This document shows positions 19,538 to 29,304 of a stretch of DNA of 56,134 bases, piece after piece. Source of the stretch: a virus (lineage: Duplodnaviria > Caudoviricetes); the IMG/VR virus record IMGVR_UViG_3300027741_000078, positions 1-56,134 of that record; one strand, 5' to 3'. Under the pieces are notes generated by a model that was given only the letters and a program-made list of their open reading frames with translations, was not told the DNA's origin and did not search any database. Each line of letters begins with the position of its first letter. Within the stretch, counting starts at the first letter, position 1. The position numbers were made by a program, and so were the translations under genes.

Positions 19538-20553
19538 TGGGATTTCTGCAGGGCAACGCGCTCCCAAATGTCACGGAGACCCAAACCACCACCGACAAGC
19601 TGCCGGATTGGTATACCAATGTAGCGTCTGGGTTGTCGTCTGTTGGTCAGGATTACCTCAAGAAGACTCCTGATCAATTAACGGCCGCTTACGACCCGAT
19701 GCAGACGCAGGGTTACGGTCAGGTAGCAGGGGCTGCAGGGGCCTATAAACCGGGCCTGGCAAGCGCAACTCAGACGGCTAATGCTGCCGCAGCCGGGATT
19801 ACCCCTGAGCGCCTACAGCAGCTTATGAACCCCTACACGCAGAACGTCGTGCAGGAGCTGGCGCGTCAGAGCGGATTGAATCTACAAAGAAACATCCTCC
19901 CGCAGATCACCGGTCAGTTTGTTGGCTCAGGTGCATTAGGCTCCTCGCGTTATGCAGGCGCGCTTGGGCAGGCGATGACGGATACCGCGGCAAACTTGTC
20001 TGGTGAGCAGGGCAAGCTTTTGTCAAGCGGCTACAGCGACGCCATGAAGAATCTGCTTCAGGAGCAGCAGAATCAGGTTGCCGCAGGTAAGTTGCAAGGC
20101 GATCTGGCGGCGCAAGAGCAGGCGTTGGGATTGACTGGTGCTAAAGCCCTGACCACCGCCGGGGCAGAGCGTCAGAAGTATGAGCAGCAGAAGCTTGAGG
20201 CGCCCCTCACCGCGGCATCTAACGTCGCAGGGCTCTTGAGAGGGTATACGTTGCCAAACGATAAGACTCAGACAACTGTCAAACCTGGACAGCAGGGCCA
20301 GTTTGGCATGAGCGACTTTGAGAAGCTTGGATCAATTGTTTCAGTTCTTGGCGGCACTGACAAAACCAAGTTTCTTGAGGGCCTCAAAAACGCTGGCAAC
20401 AATGTTAAAGGGTACATTACTAGCTTTATTGGCAGCAATCCTCAATATAACTGGACAAATCTTTCGGGCTGGGGAAGTTATGGCACCGGGTCTGACAATC
20501 CAGAGGCGGAATTAGACACGGTTGTTGATCAGTATGCACCCAAAGAACCTTAA
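19537..20553 (+). CDS. Putative DNA ejection/pilot protein
   Basis: Q/A/G-rich; MNPYTQNVV...GALGSSR pattern typical of podovirus DNA-transfer proteins; position. Confidence 0.65.
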   Translation: MGFLQGNALPNVTETQTTTDKLPDWYTNVASGLSSVGQDYLKKTPDQLTAAYDPMQTQGYGQVAGAAGAYKPGLASATQTANAAAAGITPERLQQLMNPYTQNVVQELARQSGLNLQRNILPQITGQFVGSGALGSSRYAGALGQAMTDTAANLSGEQGKLLSSGYSDAMKNLLQEQQNQVAAGKLQGDLAAQEQALGLTGAKALTTAGAERQKYEQQKLEAPLTAASNVAGLLRGYTLPNDKTQTTVKPGQQGQFGMSDFEKLGSIVSVLGGTDKTKFLEGLKNAGNNVKGYITSFIGSNPQYNWTNLSGWGSYGTGSDNPEAELDTVVDQYAPKEP

Positions 20554-20561
20554 GGATCTCT

Positions 20562-22448
20562 ATGGCGACCAAGACTCCTATCATTACCGATGAAGAGCAG
20601 CAGCAGCGGCTAGACGAGGCCTATCAGCGGCTTGTTGACTCTCTTGACCAGCGCAAGAATAGAGTCTTCGACCCGACATGGATGGCCGCCGCTCAGGCTT
20701 TTGCTACGCCTTCAAAGACGGGTAGCGCATTTGAGGCTATTGGTCGGGTCGCTGGAGCAGTCGGTAAAGCTCAAGAGGCGGAGCAGGCGCAGGAGCAGGG
20801 TGTTGCTCAGAAGATGTTTGAGATTGAGCGCCAGCGGATTGAGATGGCGCAGAAGAGGAATCTATACGACGAGGCGGTTAAGGTTGGAAGAGGTGAATCT
20901 GCCCCCGGTGGATTACCGCAAGCCGCACCTCAGCCAGCACCACCCAGTCCGTTAGCGGCTGCGGCTCAGGCGCCTGTAGAGTCTGGCCCGGTTACTCCGC
21001 CGGTGGTAAAAGCCAGCCCCCTTTCAATGGAGCCCGTTTCTGCGAATACTCCTCCCCTACCTCCTTTAGCGCAAGCAGTCGCACCACAACCTCCTGCAGC
21101 GCCACCTCCCGCAGCACCACCTCCTGCAGCACCTCCTCCTGCACAACCTCCTGCTGCGCCGCCGCCCGCTTCCCCTCTTGCCGCTGCCAACGCTGCCGCT
21201 GCAAAATACAACCTTTCTCCAGAGGCGAGAAAACTGTTCTTGATGTCATTCAGGGACAGTGGTGATTACACAACGGCGATGTCAAAAGCCCAAGAATATG
21301 ACAAAAAAGCTCATGAGATGGCGATTGCAGAGCGGAATGCTCTCGTCAACGAAGCCAACTCTGCTCAAAATGCAGTAAGGGTGACGACAGGCGGCAATTT
21401 AATGCAAGTCAGCCCAACTGGAACGGTAACCCCTCTGTATCTTGGCAGCGGTAACAAAACGATTATTAACGGCAAAGAATACTTGGCAAATCCAAGGGAG
21501 ATAAACGATTTAGAGATGGCTCGGCATCGCGGGAATTGGGATGAGGTTAAAAATCTTGAGGCTAAAATTTCAGGGCAAGCGGAGGCTCCTCCATCAACCC
21601 CGCCAGCTACCCCAACCGGGCCGCTTTCTGCTGCAAGCAAGCCACCTAAGCCCCCCACAAAGAGGGAGTCGGTAGAGGAGGCGGCGGCAAGAATCGCAGA
21701 CGAAGAAAGCAAACGGAAAATAAATGAATCGGTGAAGACTGAGCAACTAAAAGAAGAGCAAAAGTTACAAAGAAGTATTGTTGAGTCTAAAGAGGACGCC
21801 TCATCTCAAAAACGCAACGCGGAGAGGTTGATTAAAATCTTTTCCGATAAGGGTATTCAAGAGATTCTGGGCCCGACAGCCAAGCCTGGTGTTAAGGCCG
21901 CCTTCCTTGAGATTGCTAGCAACCCGCTTGATGTTGCCGGTAACAAGGTTGCCATTACCAATCTACAGAAGGCGCTTGTTCAGTCCAAGGCTACTCAAGA
22001 GCAGATTGACAAGCTAAACGTCGCCAACTCAACGCTTCGGTTAGTCGAGCTTTCTACCGCCAAAAGCTTCCTCAAGGGTCAGGGCGCTGTGTCTAACTCT
22101 GAGCGCGAGCTGGTTGCGGAAATTAACGGCTCTGTCTACAAGGATCCGGCCAACGCCCTGCTATACAAAGCTCAACTTGCGTTTGCTCAGGCCGACATGA
22201 AGGATCGCTACATCAAAACCTTCCAGACCTGGAAAGACAAGCACCCTGATGGCACGGTTGAGCAATTTAACCGGACCGATGCCTATATTCAGATTGAAAG
22301 CAGTTACGGTAAGCAGCTTGAGAAAATCGGCGAGACGATTAAGCTAGGCAAGCCCGCGACAAAGACGGAGCCTGAGAAGAAGCCGGAGACGCCAATGTCA
22401 ACTTTCAGAGAGAAAGCCGCCTCTAAGATTCATTCAATACTTCAGTAA
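20562..22448 (+). CDS. Putative ejection protein with Pro/Ala-rich linker
   Basis: Helical, GQGAVSNSER motif, PPAAP repeats at about 21090-21170. Confidence 0.6.
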   Translation: MATKTPIITDEEQQQRLDEAYQRLVDSLDQRKNRVFDPTWMAAAQAFATPSKTGSAFEAIGRVAGAVGKAQEAEQAQEQGVAQKMFEIERQRIEMAQKRNLYDEAVKVGRGESAPGGLPQAAPQPAPPSPLAAAAQAPVESGPVTPPVVKASPLSMEPVSANTPPLPPLAQAVAPQPPAAPPPAAPPPAAPPPAQPPAAPPPASPLAAANAAAAKYNLSPEARKLFLMSFRDSGDYTTAMSKAQEYDKKAHEMAIAERNALVNEANSAQNAVRVTTGGNLMQVSPTGTVTPLYLGSGNKTIINGKEYLANPREINDLEMARHRGNWDEVKNLEAKISGQAEAPPSTPPATPTGPLSAASKPPKPPTKRESVEEAAARIADEESKRKINESVKTEQLKEEQKLQRSIVESKEDASSQKRNAERLIKIFSDKGIQEILGPTAKPGVKAAFLEIASNPLDVAGNKVAITNLQKALVQSKATQEQIDKLNVANSTLRLVELSTAKSFLKGQGAVSNSERELVAEINGSVYKDPANALLYKAQLAFAQADMKDRYIKTFQTWKDKHPDGTVEQFNRTDAYIQIESSYGKQLEKIGETIKLGKPATKTEPEKKPETPMSTFREKAASKIHSILQ

Positions 22449-22458
22449 TGAGGTCGTC

Positions 22459-23949
22459 ATGCCTTTTTCAGCACAAAACCTCAACGAAAATCAGCAAAAG
22501 ATTGCTGCTTTAATTTCCGCCAAGGCTGATGAGTTGGGCGTTGATCGCGATTTTGCTTTAGCGTTGGCGCACGCCGAGAGCAGCCTGAATCAGTTTGATG
22601 AAAAGAACAAGGTGCTTCTTGGCCCTCCTCCTAAAAACAAAAAAGGGGAGAGGGCTATTGGAGTCATGCAGGTTAAACCGTCAACCGCCAAAGATTATGG
22701 TTTTAGCTCTGCAGACCTGCTTGACCCTGAAAAAAATATCACAGCAGGCGTCACCTATCTAAAGAACTTAATTGACCAGAGTGAAGGGGACAAGGCTGTT
22801 GCTGCAGCAAAGTACAACTGGGGCCCAGGCCGAGATTTTTTTAAGACCGGCGAAGGCGAGTTGCCAGAGGAAACGGTCAAGTATTTAAGGTCAATTAAGG
22901 GATTTGGTGGGTTTGGGGACGCAACTAACCCAGAGCGAGCCACACCGGAACAAACCCCGCCGCCAGAGGAGCCGGTAGAAGTCCCCCCTGCTGCAGAGAT
23001 CCCAGTCGCGGAGCCAACTGCAGAAACCCCAAAAAGTCCAGAAGAGATCCAGAAAGAGGAGACGGAGGGGCGTAGGGATGACGCCTTAACCGCAGCAGCA
23101 CTTGGCGGAACCGCGGGTCTTGGCGCTGGTTATGTACGCAAGCAGGCCACTGCAGTTGAGGATCGCATCCTGAGAGAGGAAAAGGCGAGGGCGGCCGCAG
23201 CAAGGCAGATAGCCGCGATGGAAGCCAAGGGTGCCCCTCCCAAGGCGCCTGGCAACCTTCCCGCTCCAACTCCACCTGCGCCAGAGAAGCCTGCGCCGCT
23301 TAAGGGTGCCCAGTTGTGGGTTAAGAAACTTGGAAATAATATCCCCGACGTGATTGCAGCTCAAGCCGAGACAATGGATAAGGTTAGTCCTCGAGGCGGC
23401 CAGACACTGATCAATCAGGATGCTGCTGCGATGGAGAAGATCCGGCAGATGGGTGAGGGCAGGCAGCGTCTGATCGGCGAGGGCATGGGGCAGATGATGG
23501 TTCCGCCGGAGGTTGCTGAGGAGAGGGCTAGGGCCGCCGCTGCCGCCGAGGCTAATACTCAGAGGTTGGCCGCGATTGAGCGTGATACGAATGCAGCTCG
23601 TGAGGCCAGGCTAGCCGCGCAAGAGGCAAATAGTCCTCTTAATCGTGCCCGAGCCGCTATAACTCAAGTCGCCGAGAGCCCGGTTGGAAGGTTTGGTACT
23701 CGAGCTGGGCAGGCAATGTTTAGGTATGCCCCTGTCGTGGGCTATGGTATGGCGGGCGCATCAATGGGCAAGAGCGCCGAGGAGATGAGGCAGGCCTTGG
23801 AGCGCAAGGAGTACATTGACGCCCTGCTAGCCGCCGCTCAGATGGCTACCACGGGCGCATCAATGGTACCGCCACTTGCCCCGTTCGCTGTTCCTGCAGA
23901 CATCGGGCTCGGCGCCTACCGCATGGGCAAAGAATATTTTAGGGATTAA
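22459..23949 (+). CDS. Virion-associated lytic transglycosylase (SLT domain) protein
   Basis: AES, AIGVMQVKPSTA, AAAKYNWGPG, ETVKY motifs. Confidence 0.85.
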   Translation: MPFSAQNLNENQQKIAALISAKADELGVDRDFALALAHAESSLNQFDEKNKVLLGPPPKNKKGERAIGVMQVKPSTAKDYGFSSADLLDPEKNITAGVTYLKNLIDQSEGDKAVAAAKYNWGPGRDFFKTGEGELPEETVKYLRSIKGFGGFGDATNPERATPEQTPPPEEPVEVPPAAEIPVAEPTAETPKSPEEIQKEETEGRRDDALTAAALGGTAGLGAGYVRKQATAVEDRILREEKARAAAARQIAAMEAKGAPPKAPGNLPAPTPPAPEKPAPLKGAQLWVKKLGNNIPDVIAAQAETMDKVSPRGGQTLINQDAAAMEKIRQMGEGRQRLIGEGMGQMMVPPEVAEERARAAAAAEANTQRLAAIERDTNAAREARLAAQEANSPLNRARAAITQVAESPVGRFGTRAGQAMFRYAPVVGYGMAGASMGKSAEEMRQALERKEYIDALLAAAQMATTGASMVPPLAPFAVPADIGLGAYRMGKEYFRD

Positions 23950-23951
23950 GT

Positions 23952-23989
23952 AAAAAAGTTCACACAAGCGGAGCGAATCTGTGTAGAGT
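23952..23989 (+). promoter_or_regulatory. Putative early promoter, copy 1 (AAAAAAGTTCACACAAG-N15-TAGAGT)
   Basis: 17-bp element identical at 31169 and 34041; followed by GGAGG SD and ATG 24016. Confidence 0.7.
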
Positions 23990-24015
23990 GTGCCTCATCA
24001 ACACCGGAGGACACC

Positions 24016-24318
24016 ATGAACACAGCAAAACGACTCAGCAACGCATACGACTTCGATCACGGCAAGATCGCCAAGGCCATCGCAGACCACCGCGCCGAGG
24101 AGTACCTCGAGCTCAACATCGGCAAGAAGGCAGGCCACAAATACTGGGTCTTCCCAGACTTCTCCGTGCTCGTTGAGGACCCAAACGGCTTTATGTACCC
24201 AGACAGCTACGACTGGGTTTACGACGAGCTGGTCACCGCACGCTTTGAATGTGGCGACCTCAACATCGACGAGTGGGCAGAGGAGATGGGCAAGGGCGTC
24301 GACCGTATTTTCTACTGA
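24016..24318 (+). CDS. Hypothetical acidic early protein
   Basis: GGAGG SD, own putative promoter, convergent with the exonuclease gene. Confidence 0.75.
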   Translation: MNTAKRLSNAYDFDHGKIAKAIADHRAEEYLELNIGKKAGHKYWVFPDFSVLVEDPNGFMYPDSYDWVYDELVTARFECGDLNIDEWAEEMGKGVDRIFY

Positions 24319-25067
24319 TGGTCGTTCTTCAATTGCCAGAAGGAGAGGAGGTGGCAGAACATACGCCACCCCTTCTCCATGTCATCCTCGGTCCACTCTT
24401 GGATGCAGGCTAGACCCGGCCTAGAACGGGATACAAACACGTTAGCGCAGACCGCCTTAGGCATACCCAGCCCAACACGATAGGCGGCCAACTGCATCAT
24501 GTTCTCGTCGTAGTTAACGATCTCAGATTGAGATTCAAAGTCCTTAGTCTTGACGTCCAGCACGATGCCCTCTGTGTGCAGGTCAACGCGGCCACCAAAT
24601 CCCATCTCATGCGCGAAGGACCGCTCAGGGATCCAGGTGCGCTCGCCGTATGCCATCTTGATGACGTCAGTGGCCCCGGTAACGTGCTCGGCGTAAGCGT
24701 CCGGGTAATTGGTCTGCTCGTAGAAGTGCTCGATCGCGTTATGGATACGGGTCCCCTCCGCCGAGGCAGAGCGCGACGACTCCTGGCTGTCCTTAATGAT
24801 GCGGGAGATGTAGCTGTCGTCGTCCTCGCCCTCGTTGCGGGTCACCGTAAGCGCCGAGAGCAGTACCTGACGCTGCATCCAGATGTTAAGTCCGGGCTTT
24901 GCGGTGACGCCGGTGACGGTAGTAACAGAGGGTACGAGGTCCTTCTTCCTGGCGTCCCTCATCGTGGTCGGGCGATCCTTACCGTTTAGACCTGTTTGGG
25001 TATAAGCAGGGTCACCATCGCGGGTATACCAGTGCCCGCCGCTCTGCTCAAACTTAGAAATAATCAT
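24312..25067 (-). CDS. PD-(D/E)xK exonuclease (recombination)
   Basis: VPSVTT, GTRIH, ERSF...GGRVD...LDVKT, QLAAY motifs; start moved to ATG 25067 with AGGA SD. Confidence 0.85.
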   Translation of the reverse strand: MIISKFEQSGGHWYTRDGDPAYTQTGLNGKDRPTTMRDARKKDLVPSVTTVTGVTAKPGLNIWMQRQVLLSALTVTRNEGEDDDSYISRIIKDSQESSRSASAEGTRIHNAIEHFYEQTNYPDAYAEHVTGATDVIKMAYGERTWIPERSFAHEMGFGGRVDLHTEGIVLDVKTKDFESQSEIVNYDENMMQLAAYRVGLGMPKAVCANVFVSRSRPGLACIQEWTEDDMEKGWRMFCHLLSFWQLKNDHQ

Positions 25068-25335
25068 TGAGTGTCCTGTAATATTTACCAAACCCTTCGT
25101 CACGCAGCGCGGCCAGCTCCTTAGGCGATCGGAAACCTTCGACCGCACCCTCTGAGGTCACCTTGAACCTCACCTCGGGGAATTCACAACGCCGCTCGGC
25201 CAGCATCTTCTCCTTGAACTCGGCCTTGCAGTCGTTGCAGAAACCGTGACCCGCCGCTGGGTGAGAGACTCGGGCCATCTCTAGCCACTCTGCGTACTGC
25301 TCACGGCTCTCAAAACACAGCGGGAATTTACGCAT
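25054..25335 (-). CDS. Hypothetical Cys-containing protein
   Basis: PLCF...FCNDC...RC; in coupled operon. Confidence 0.6.
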   Translation of the reverse strand: MRKFPLCFESREQYAEWLEMARVSHPAAGHGFCNDCKAEFKEKMLAERRCEFPEVRFKVTSEGAVEGFRSPKELAALRDEGFGKYYRTLNDYF

Positions 25336-25510
25336 TCTGTTCTTTCTTCAATCGCGCAATCTCCTGCTCGCGGTCACTTAGCTTTTGAATCAGGCTGTAG
25401 TTAATCTCCATCCAGAGGTCGCCCTTGCGGGTACGCTCATCGTGGTCCCGCTTCATCATCTCAAACAGTCGCTCGGCAATCTCAATCTGCCGCGCCATAA
25501 ACGAGTTCAT
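25328..25510 (-). CDS. Hypothetical protein
   Basis: Coupled 60-aa ORF. Confidence 0.55.
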   Translation of the reverse strand: MNSFMARQIEIAERLFEMMKRDHDERTRKGDLWMEINYSLIQKLSDREQEIARLKKEQNA

Positions 25511-26439
25511 AGATCCCCCACGTTAATCAATTGGCCCCGAAACTCAACGTGATCGTCGTCCCACCGGTGAACAATCTCCGGCCACAGTAGCTCAGAATCC
25601 GCAAACGTCAAAACGGCAAAACCCGATCGCCAGTTGGTCGGGTTCATCTCCAGATAATCAATAAACTGAGGCCCGTCCACCTCAGCAAGCGTACCGGTGT
25701 CCACGCCGTACCTGTTGCCCCGCAGATCCGCATACGGCGTGACCTTGAGCGAGTGCAGGTGCCCGGTGACGATCGAGACTCCAGCGGCTACCGTGTTGGC
25801 GTGAGTGGCGTGGATGCCACCCTTATACCGATGCTTCACGATCACGTCATTCGTCGGCCAGCAACTCCAGCAGGGGTGCCAGGCGGGAAAGTGATCCTTC
25901 AACGAGAACCCGGCGATGTTCTCAAACTCGTGAGCCGCCTGAGCAAGACGATTCTCAAACCGGGCGTCGTGGTTACCCAACGGCCAGACCAACTGCACAT
26001 TGTGGCGGGCCTCTTTCGCTGCCGTCTCAATCTCCTCTAACGAGGCCTGGCAAGCGTTTAGCTCTTCCTTAAGCGACGGCCTATGCGTCCACCCGATACG
26101 CGGATAGCGGCTGATTGAGGCCCCGTCAAAGGCGTCCCCGTTGTTGATGACGGCGTAGGGCTTAAGCTCCTTGATCGCCCACAGCAAACCTTTGAATGCG
26201 GTGGAGCGGATGCCAGGCCAGAAGTGTGCGTCGGAAAAGACGATGACGGTTCCGGTGGTGATCCCTAGCCGGTGCTCCGCCTTGACGATGTGTGGCGCCC
26301 GTAATGGAGGAGGGATCTTTGCCGTGTTTATACGACGACGTAATGATCTTTCATTGACGCCCAGTACCCGAGACGCTGCGGCTACTGAGCCAGCACTCCG
26401 GATTGCAGCCTCAATCTGTTGGTCGGAGTGCTTCTGCAT
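25507..26439 (-). CDS. Calcineurin-like metallophosphoesterase with N-terminal HTH-like segment
   Basis: SDAH, NGDAFD, LGNHD, GHLH motifs; GSVAAASRVLGVNERSLRRR. Confidence 0.85.
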   Translation of the reverse strand: MQKHSDQQIEAAIRSAGSVAAASRVLGVNERSLRRRINTAKIPPPLRAPHIVKAEHRLGITTGTVIVFSDAHFWPGIRSTAFKGLLWAIKELKPYAVINNGDAFDGASISRYPRIGWTHRPSLKEELNACQASLEEIETAAKEARHNVQLVWPLGNHDARFENRLAQAAHEFENIAGFSLKDHFPAWHPCWSCWPTNDVIVKHRYKGGIHATHANTVAAGVSIVTGHLHSLKVTPYADLRGNRYGVDTGTLAEVDGPQFIDYLEMNPTNWRSGFAVLTFADSELLWPEIVHRWDDDHVEFRGQLINVGDL

Positions 26440-26441
26440 CG

Positions 26442-26729
26442 CTACTCCGCCATTTCAAACTCGCCGCAGTACGATGTGTTTTCTGTACGCGGGAACAATG
26501 ACGTTGGCAGTATCGATCCATCTTCTTCGGAGACGACGTTCATGATCGTTGGCGGGTAACGGCGGCACTCCCCGCTTGCCTCTTCATCCTGATACCAGTA
26601 GGCGCAGGTTGCACAGGCCACGTCATCCTCTTCGCCGTCCGCATAACCCTGCTCGGGCTGCTCTTCGGGCTGGATCTCCTCTCCGGCTGCGATGATGCGG
26701 AAGGACCACTCTTCTTTCAGTGCTGACAT
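26442..26729 (-). CDS. Hypothetical Cys4 metal-binding protein
   Basis: CATCAYW...GECRRYPP...YCGEF; AGGAG SD. Confidence 0.7.
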   Translation of the reverse strand: MSALKEEWSFRIIAAGEEIQPEEQPEQGYADGEEDDVACATCAYWYQDEEASGECRRYPPTIMNVVSEEDGSILPTSLFPRTENTSYCGEFEMAE

Positions 26730-26738
26730 AGAAAACTC

Positions 26739-27509
26739 CTAAACGGTTATTGATTCAAGTTCGTCGGTCACGCCAGGAATATCGTTAACCGAGGCGACGA
26801 TACCCATCGAGTAAATGTTAACAAAATGATCCTCTTGATTCTCAAAAAAATTGGTCTTCTTGAAGATCGGTTCATTAAACGACCAGACCTTGTAGTCCGA
26901 CATAAACTGCCGAATATAAAAGTTAATCGTCTTCTGAACGTGAGGGTTGTACTCCAAATAAATGACCGGCTTGTGACGCTTAATTGTTTCATAAGCACCG
27001 AGCATCGTCTGCGGCTCAAACCCCTCTGCGTCAACCTTGATGTAATCGCACCTCTCAAGGTTTAGGTCGTCGATCTTTACGACCGGGACACGCTTACCCT
27101 CAAGACCGCCAACCGTCACCGCGCCGAAGTTGTATTCGCTTCCGATCTCAATCTCGGGGACCATAATCGTCGAAACCTGATCACCCACCGCGGCGTGGAC
27201 AGCATTGACGTTAAAGACCTCGTTACAGACTAGGTTGGCGCACAGCATCTGAAAGATCAAACGCTGCGGCTCAAACGCATACAGAACCCCTTCAGGGCCG
27301 ATGTGGTGAGCAAGCGGCACGGTGTGGCTGCCGATGTTTGCCCCGACCTCCACAATGACTCCGCCCTCCGGGACGACAGAGCGGGAGAAGTCAACAAGCC
27401 GCTGCTCCCACTCGCCGTACTGCTCAAGACACTTGCCGATGTAGGTATCCTGAGCCGGATAAAAGAACTTACCCTCTCGAGCCTCAATCATTGCAATTTT
27501 GTGGCTCAT
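26739..27509 (-). CDS. FkbM-family SAM-dependent methyltransferase
   Basis: EVGANIG, AFEPQ, IKVDAEGFE, PVIYLE motifs. Confidence 0.9.
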   Translation of the reverse strand: MSHKIAMIEAREGKFFYPAQDTYIGKCLEQYGEWEQRLVDFSRSVVPEGGVIVEVGANIGSHTVPLAHHIGPEGVLYAFEPQRLIFQMLCANLVCNEVFNVNAVHAAVGDQVSTIMVPEIEIGSEYNFGAVTVGGLEGKRVPVVKIDDLNLERCDYIKVDAEGFEPQTMLGAYETIKRHKPVIYLEYNPHVQKTINFYIRQFMSDYKVWSFNEPIFKKTNFFENQEDHFVNIYSMGIVASVNDIPGVTDELESITV

Positions 27510-27793
27510 TTTGCCCTCGAGATCAAGAACACCTCAACGCCCCACGCCTCAGAGAGCTTGCGCTCAATTGAGTTCAGCACCTTATGGTCGGCGAATGCAG
27601 AGATCGGAGGACGCCTAATCGTGATGTCGATTGCCCACGGCGTGCTCTGCAGCATCACCTGTTTCGCCATCCCAGTCAGGCCCACGTCCTTGATCACCTT
27701 ATCGAAGAAGAGGTTGTTTGAGGGTTTAGGCTCGTCGTACTTAGCGGACTCAATCTCCATCATCGCCGCCCGCAGCTCGTCAGTAAACTCCAT
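27506..27793 (-). CDS. Hypothetical protein
   Basis: GGAGG SD; coupled to the downstream gene. Confidence 0.6.
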   Translation of the reverse strand: MEFTDELRAAMMEIESAKYDEPKPSNNLFFDKVIKDVGLTGMAKQVMLQSTPWAIDITIRRPPISAFADHKVLNSIERKLSEAWGVEVFLISRAK

Positions 27794-27920
27794 TGCGATC
27801 CTCCATGCGGTTGGATATAACCGCTACCAGTCCACAACACCCCAGCAGCACGACGGCGACGATCGTCTCGCCAGCCAACGCGCAGGCCAGGCCCATTCCG
27901 AATAAAATTGCGCTTGCCAT
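27780..27920 (-). CDS. Small hydrophobic protein (46 aa, MASAILFGMGLACALAGE...)
   Basis: Translated by hand; fills the operon gap. Confidence 0.45.
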   Translation of the reverse strand: MASAILFGMGLACALAGETIVAVVLLGCCGLVAVISNRMEDRNGVY

Positions 27921-27922
27921 GA

Positions 27923-28543
27923 TCAGAACGGGATGTCGTCGTCTTCAACCACCGCCGTCGAGAAGTTCACCGGAACCTTCTTCTGGTTCCACTCGGGGCA
28001 GGCCATGATCTTCTCCTTGAGGCGGTCGTTAAGCTTCTCAAAGACGGTCATGTTCCGATCGTCAAGGCTCCAGTAGTCAACCTCGTTGTACGGCGTTGGG
28101 AGATTCTTCTTAAGCGTGGCGTGGACCGGGCTAACGCTGCTCACCTTGGAGTAGGAGCGCCCCGTTGCGCCGATCTTCTCCTCCACGGTCAACATACACC
28201 ACTGCCCGAGGATGTTCTGCATTTTGAATCCCTTCTCCTCCTCCGGCGTAAAGTCACGGCCGCGCCATGCACGCAGGGTCTTACGCAGCGTGGCGTTCTC
28301 ATTCATGGAGGCGGTGTAGGTCTGGCTGATGCTCATCGGCTCGCCCTTGCCGATCGTGAGAGGGTTGCCGTCTGCGTCATCGCCGTGGACCTCCCACTGG
28401 ATCAGGACGATGTGGCGCTTGCTAACCTCGCCGTCGTAGGTGTTGGTTTGCGTTCCCATGTCGACGAATCGGTAGCATCGCGCGAGGTAGGTTCCGCTCG
28501 GTACTGGCTTGTAAGTGCTCTCGGATTGCTTGCTTAGGATCAT
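27923..28543 (-). CDS. Putative phage ssDNA-binding protein
   Basis: VPSGTYLARCYRFVDMGTQ N-terminus; SSB-type acidic tail DDDIPF; AAGGA SD. Confidence 0.75.
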   Translation of the reverse strand: MILSKQSESTYKPVPSGTYLARCYRFVDMGTQTNTYDGEVSKRHIVLIQWEVHGDDADGNPLTIGKGEPMSISQTYTASMNENATLRKTLRAWRGRDFTPEEEKGFKMQNILGQWCMLTVEEKIGATGRSYSKVSSVSPVHATLKKNLPTPYNEVDYWSLDDRNMTVFEKLNDRLKEKIMACPEWNQKKVPVNFSTAVVEDDDIPF

Positions 28544-28584
28544 GATTTTCCTTGATTAAATGTGCCGCGGATCGGGCAAGGCGG

Positions 28585-28612
28585 ACTCTACACTGCTAAA
28601 AAAAAATGTCAA
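28585..28612 (-). promoter_or_regulatory. Leftward sigma70-type promoter (TTGACA-N16-TAGAGT)
   Basis: Consensus -35 in the divergent intergenic region 28544-28671. Confidence 0.6.
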
Positions 28613-28671
28613 CACCCCCCTTGACGCCGTGCTAGAAAAACGACAACCTGCCGCACCAAGGAGGAAAACCG

Positions 28672-29304
28672 ATGAACTGGTACAAGTGGCGGATGACCGA
28701 GTATGCGGCGATGACCCGGCATCTATCTGACGGCGAGGACCTAGCGCTGCGTCGCATCATTGACCTTTACTACACCCTCAGGCACCCATTACCGCTAGAC
28801 CCAACCTGGACCGCCAAGAGGATTCAGTTTGAGCGGTACGACGTGGTGAGCGACGTCCTACAAGAGTTCTTAAAACGCACCGACGAGGGCTGGGTCTACC
28901 CTCAAGCCGAAGAGGACATCGCCAACTTCGAGGACAAGGTGCAGAAGGCGAGGACGGCTGCAGAGCAACGCTGGATGCGGACGCATAGCGAACGTAATGC
29001 AGAAGAGAGAAGAGAAGATAAGAACAGAGAAGAAAAAAACAATATGGCCGCTAACGCTGATCGTTTTATGGAATTCTGGAATGCGTGGCCGCCAGGAAAG
29101 CGCAAGTACGACAAAACCGGCGCTCTAAGAACATGGGCTCGTTACAAGCTTGACCCGTACGCCGATACAATCATCGCCCACGTCGAGCGGCAGAAGGCGT
29201 CGCAGTCGTGGCTCGAGGGCTACATCCCGGCACCAACGACCTACCTCAACCAGGCGAGGTGGGAGGCGGACGCCAACGCAATACCAGTGAGGCGTGGAAA
29301 ATGA
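28672..29304 (+). CDS. YdaU/DUF1376-like replication initiator
   Basis: TRHLS..EDLALRRIIDLYY; C-terminal FMEFWNAWP...YIPAPTTYLNQARWE; AGGAGG SD. Confidence 0.8.
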   Translation: MNWYKWRMTEYAAMTRHLSDGEDLALRRIIDLYYTLRHPLPLDPTWTAKRIQFERYDVVSDVLQEFLKRTDEGWVYPQAEEDIANFEDKVQKARTAAEQRWMRTHSERNAEERREDKNREEKNNMAANADRFMEFWNAWPPGKRKYDKTGALRTWARYKLDPYADTIIAHVERQKASQSWLEGYIPAPTTYLNQARWEADANAIPVRRGK

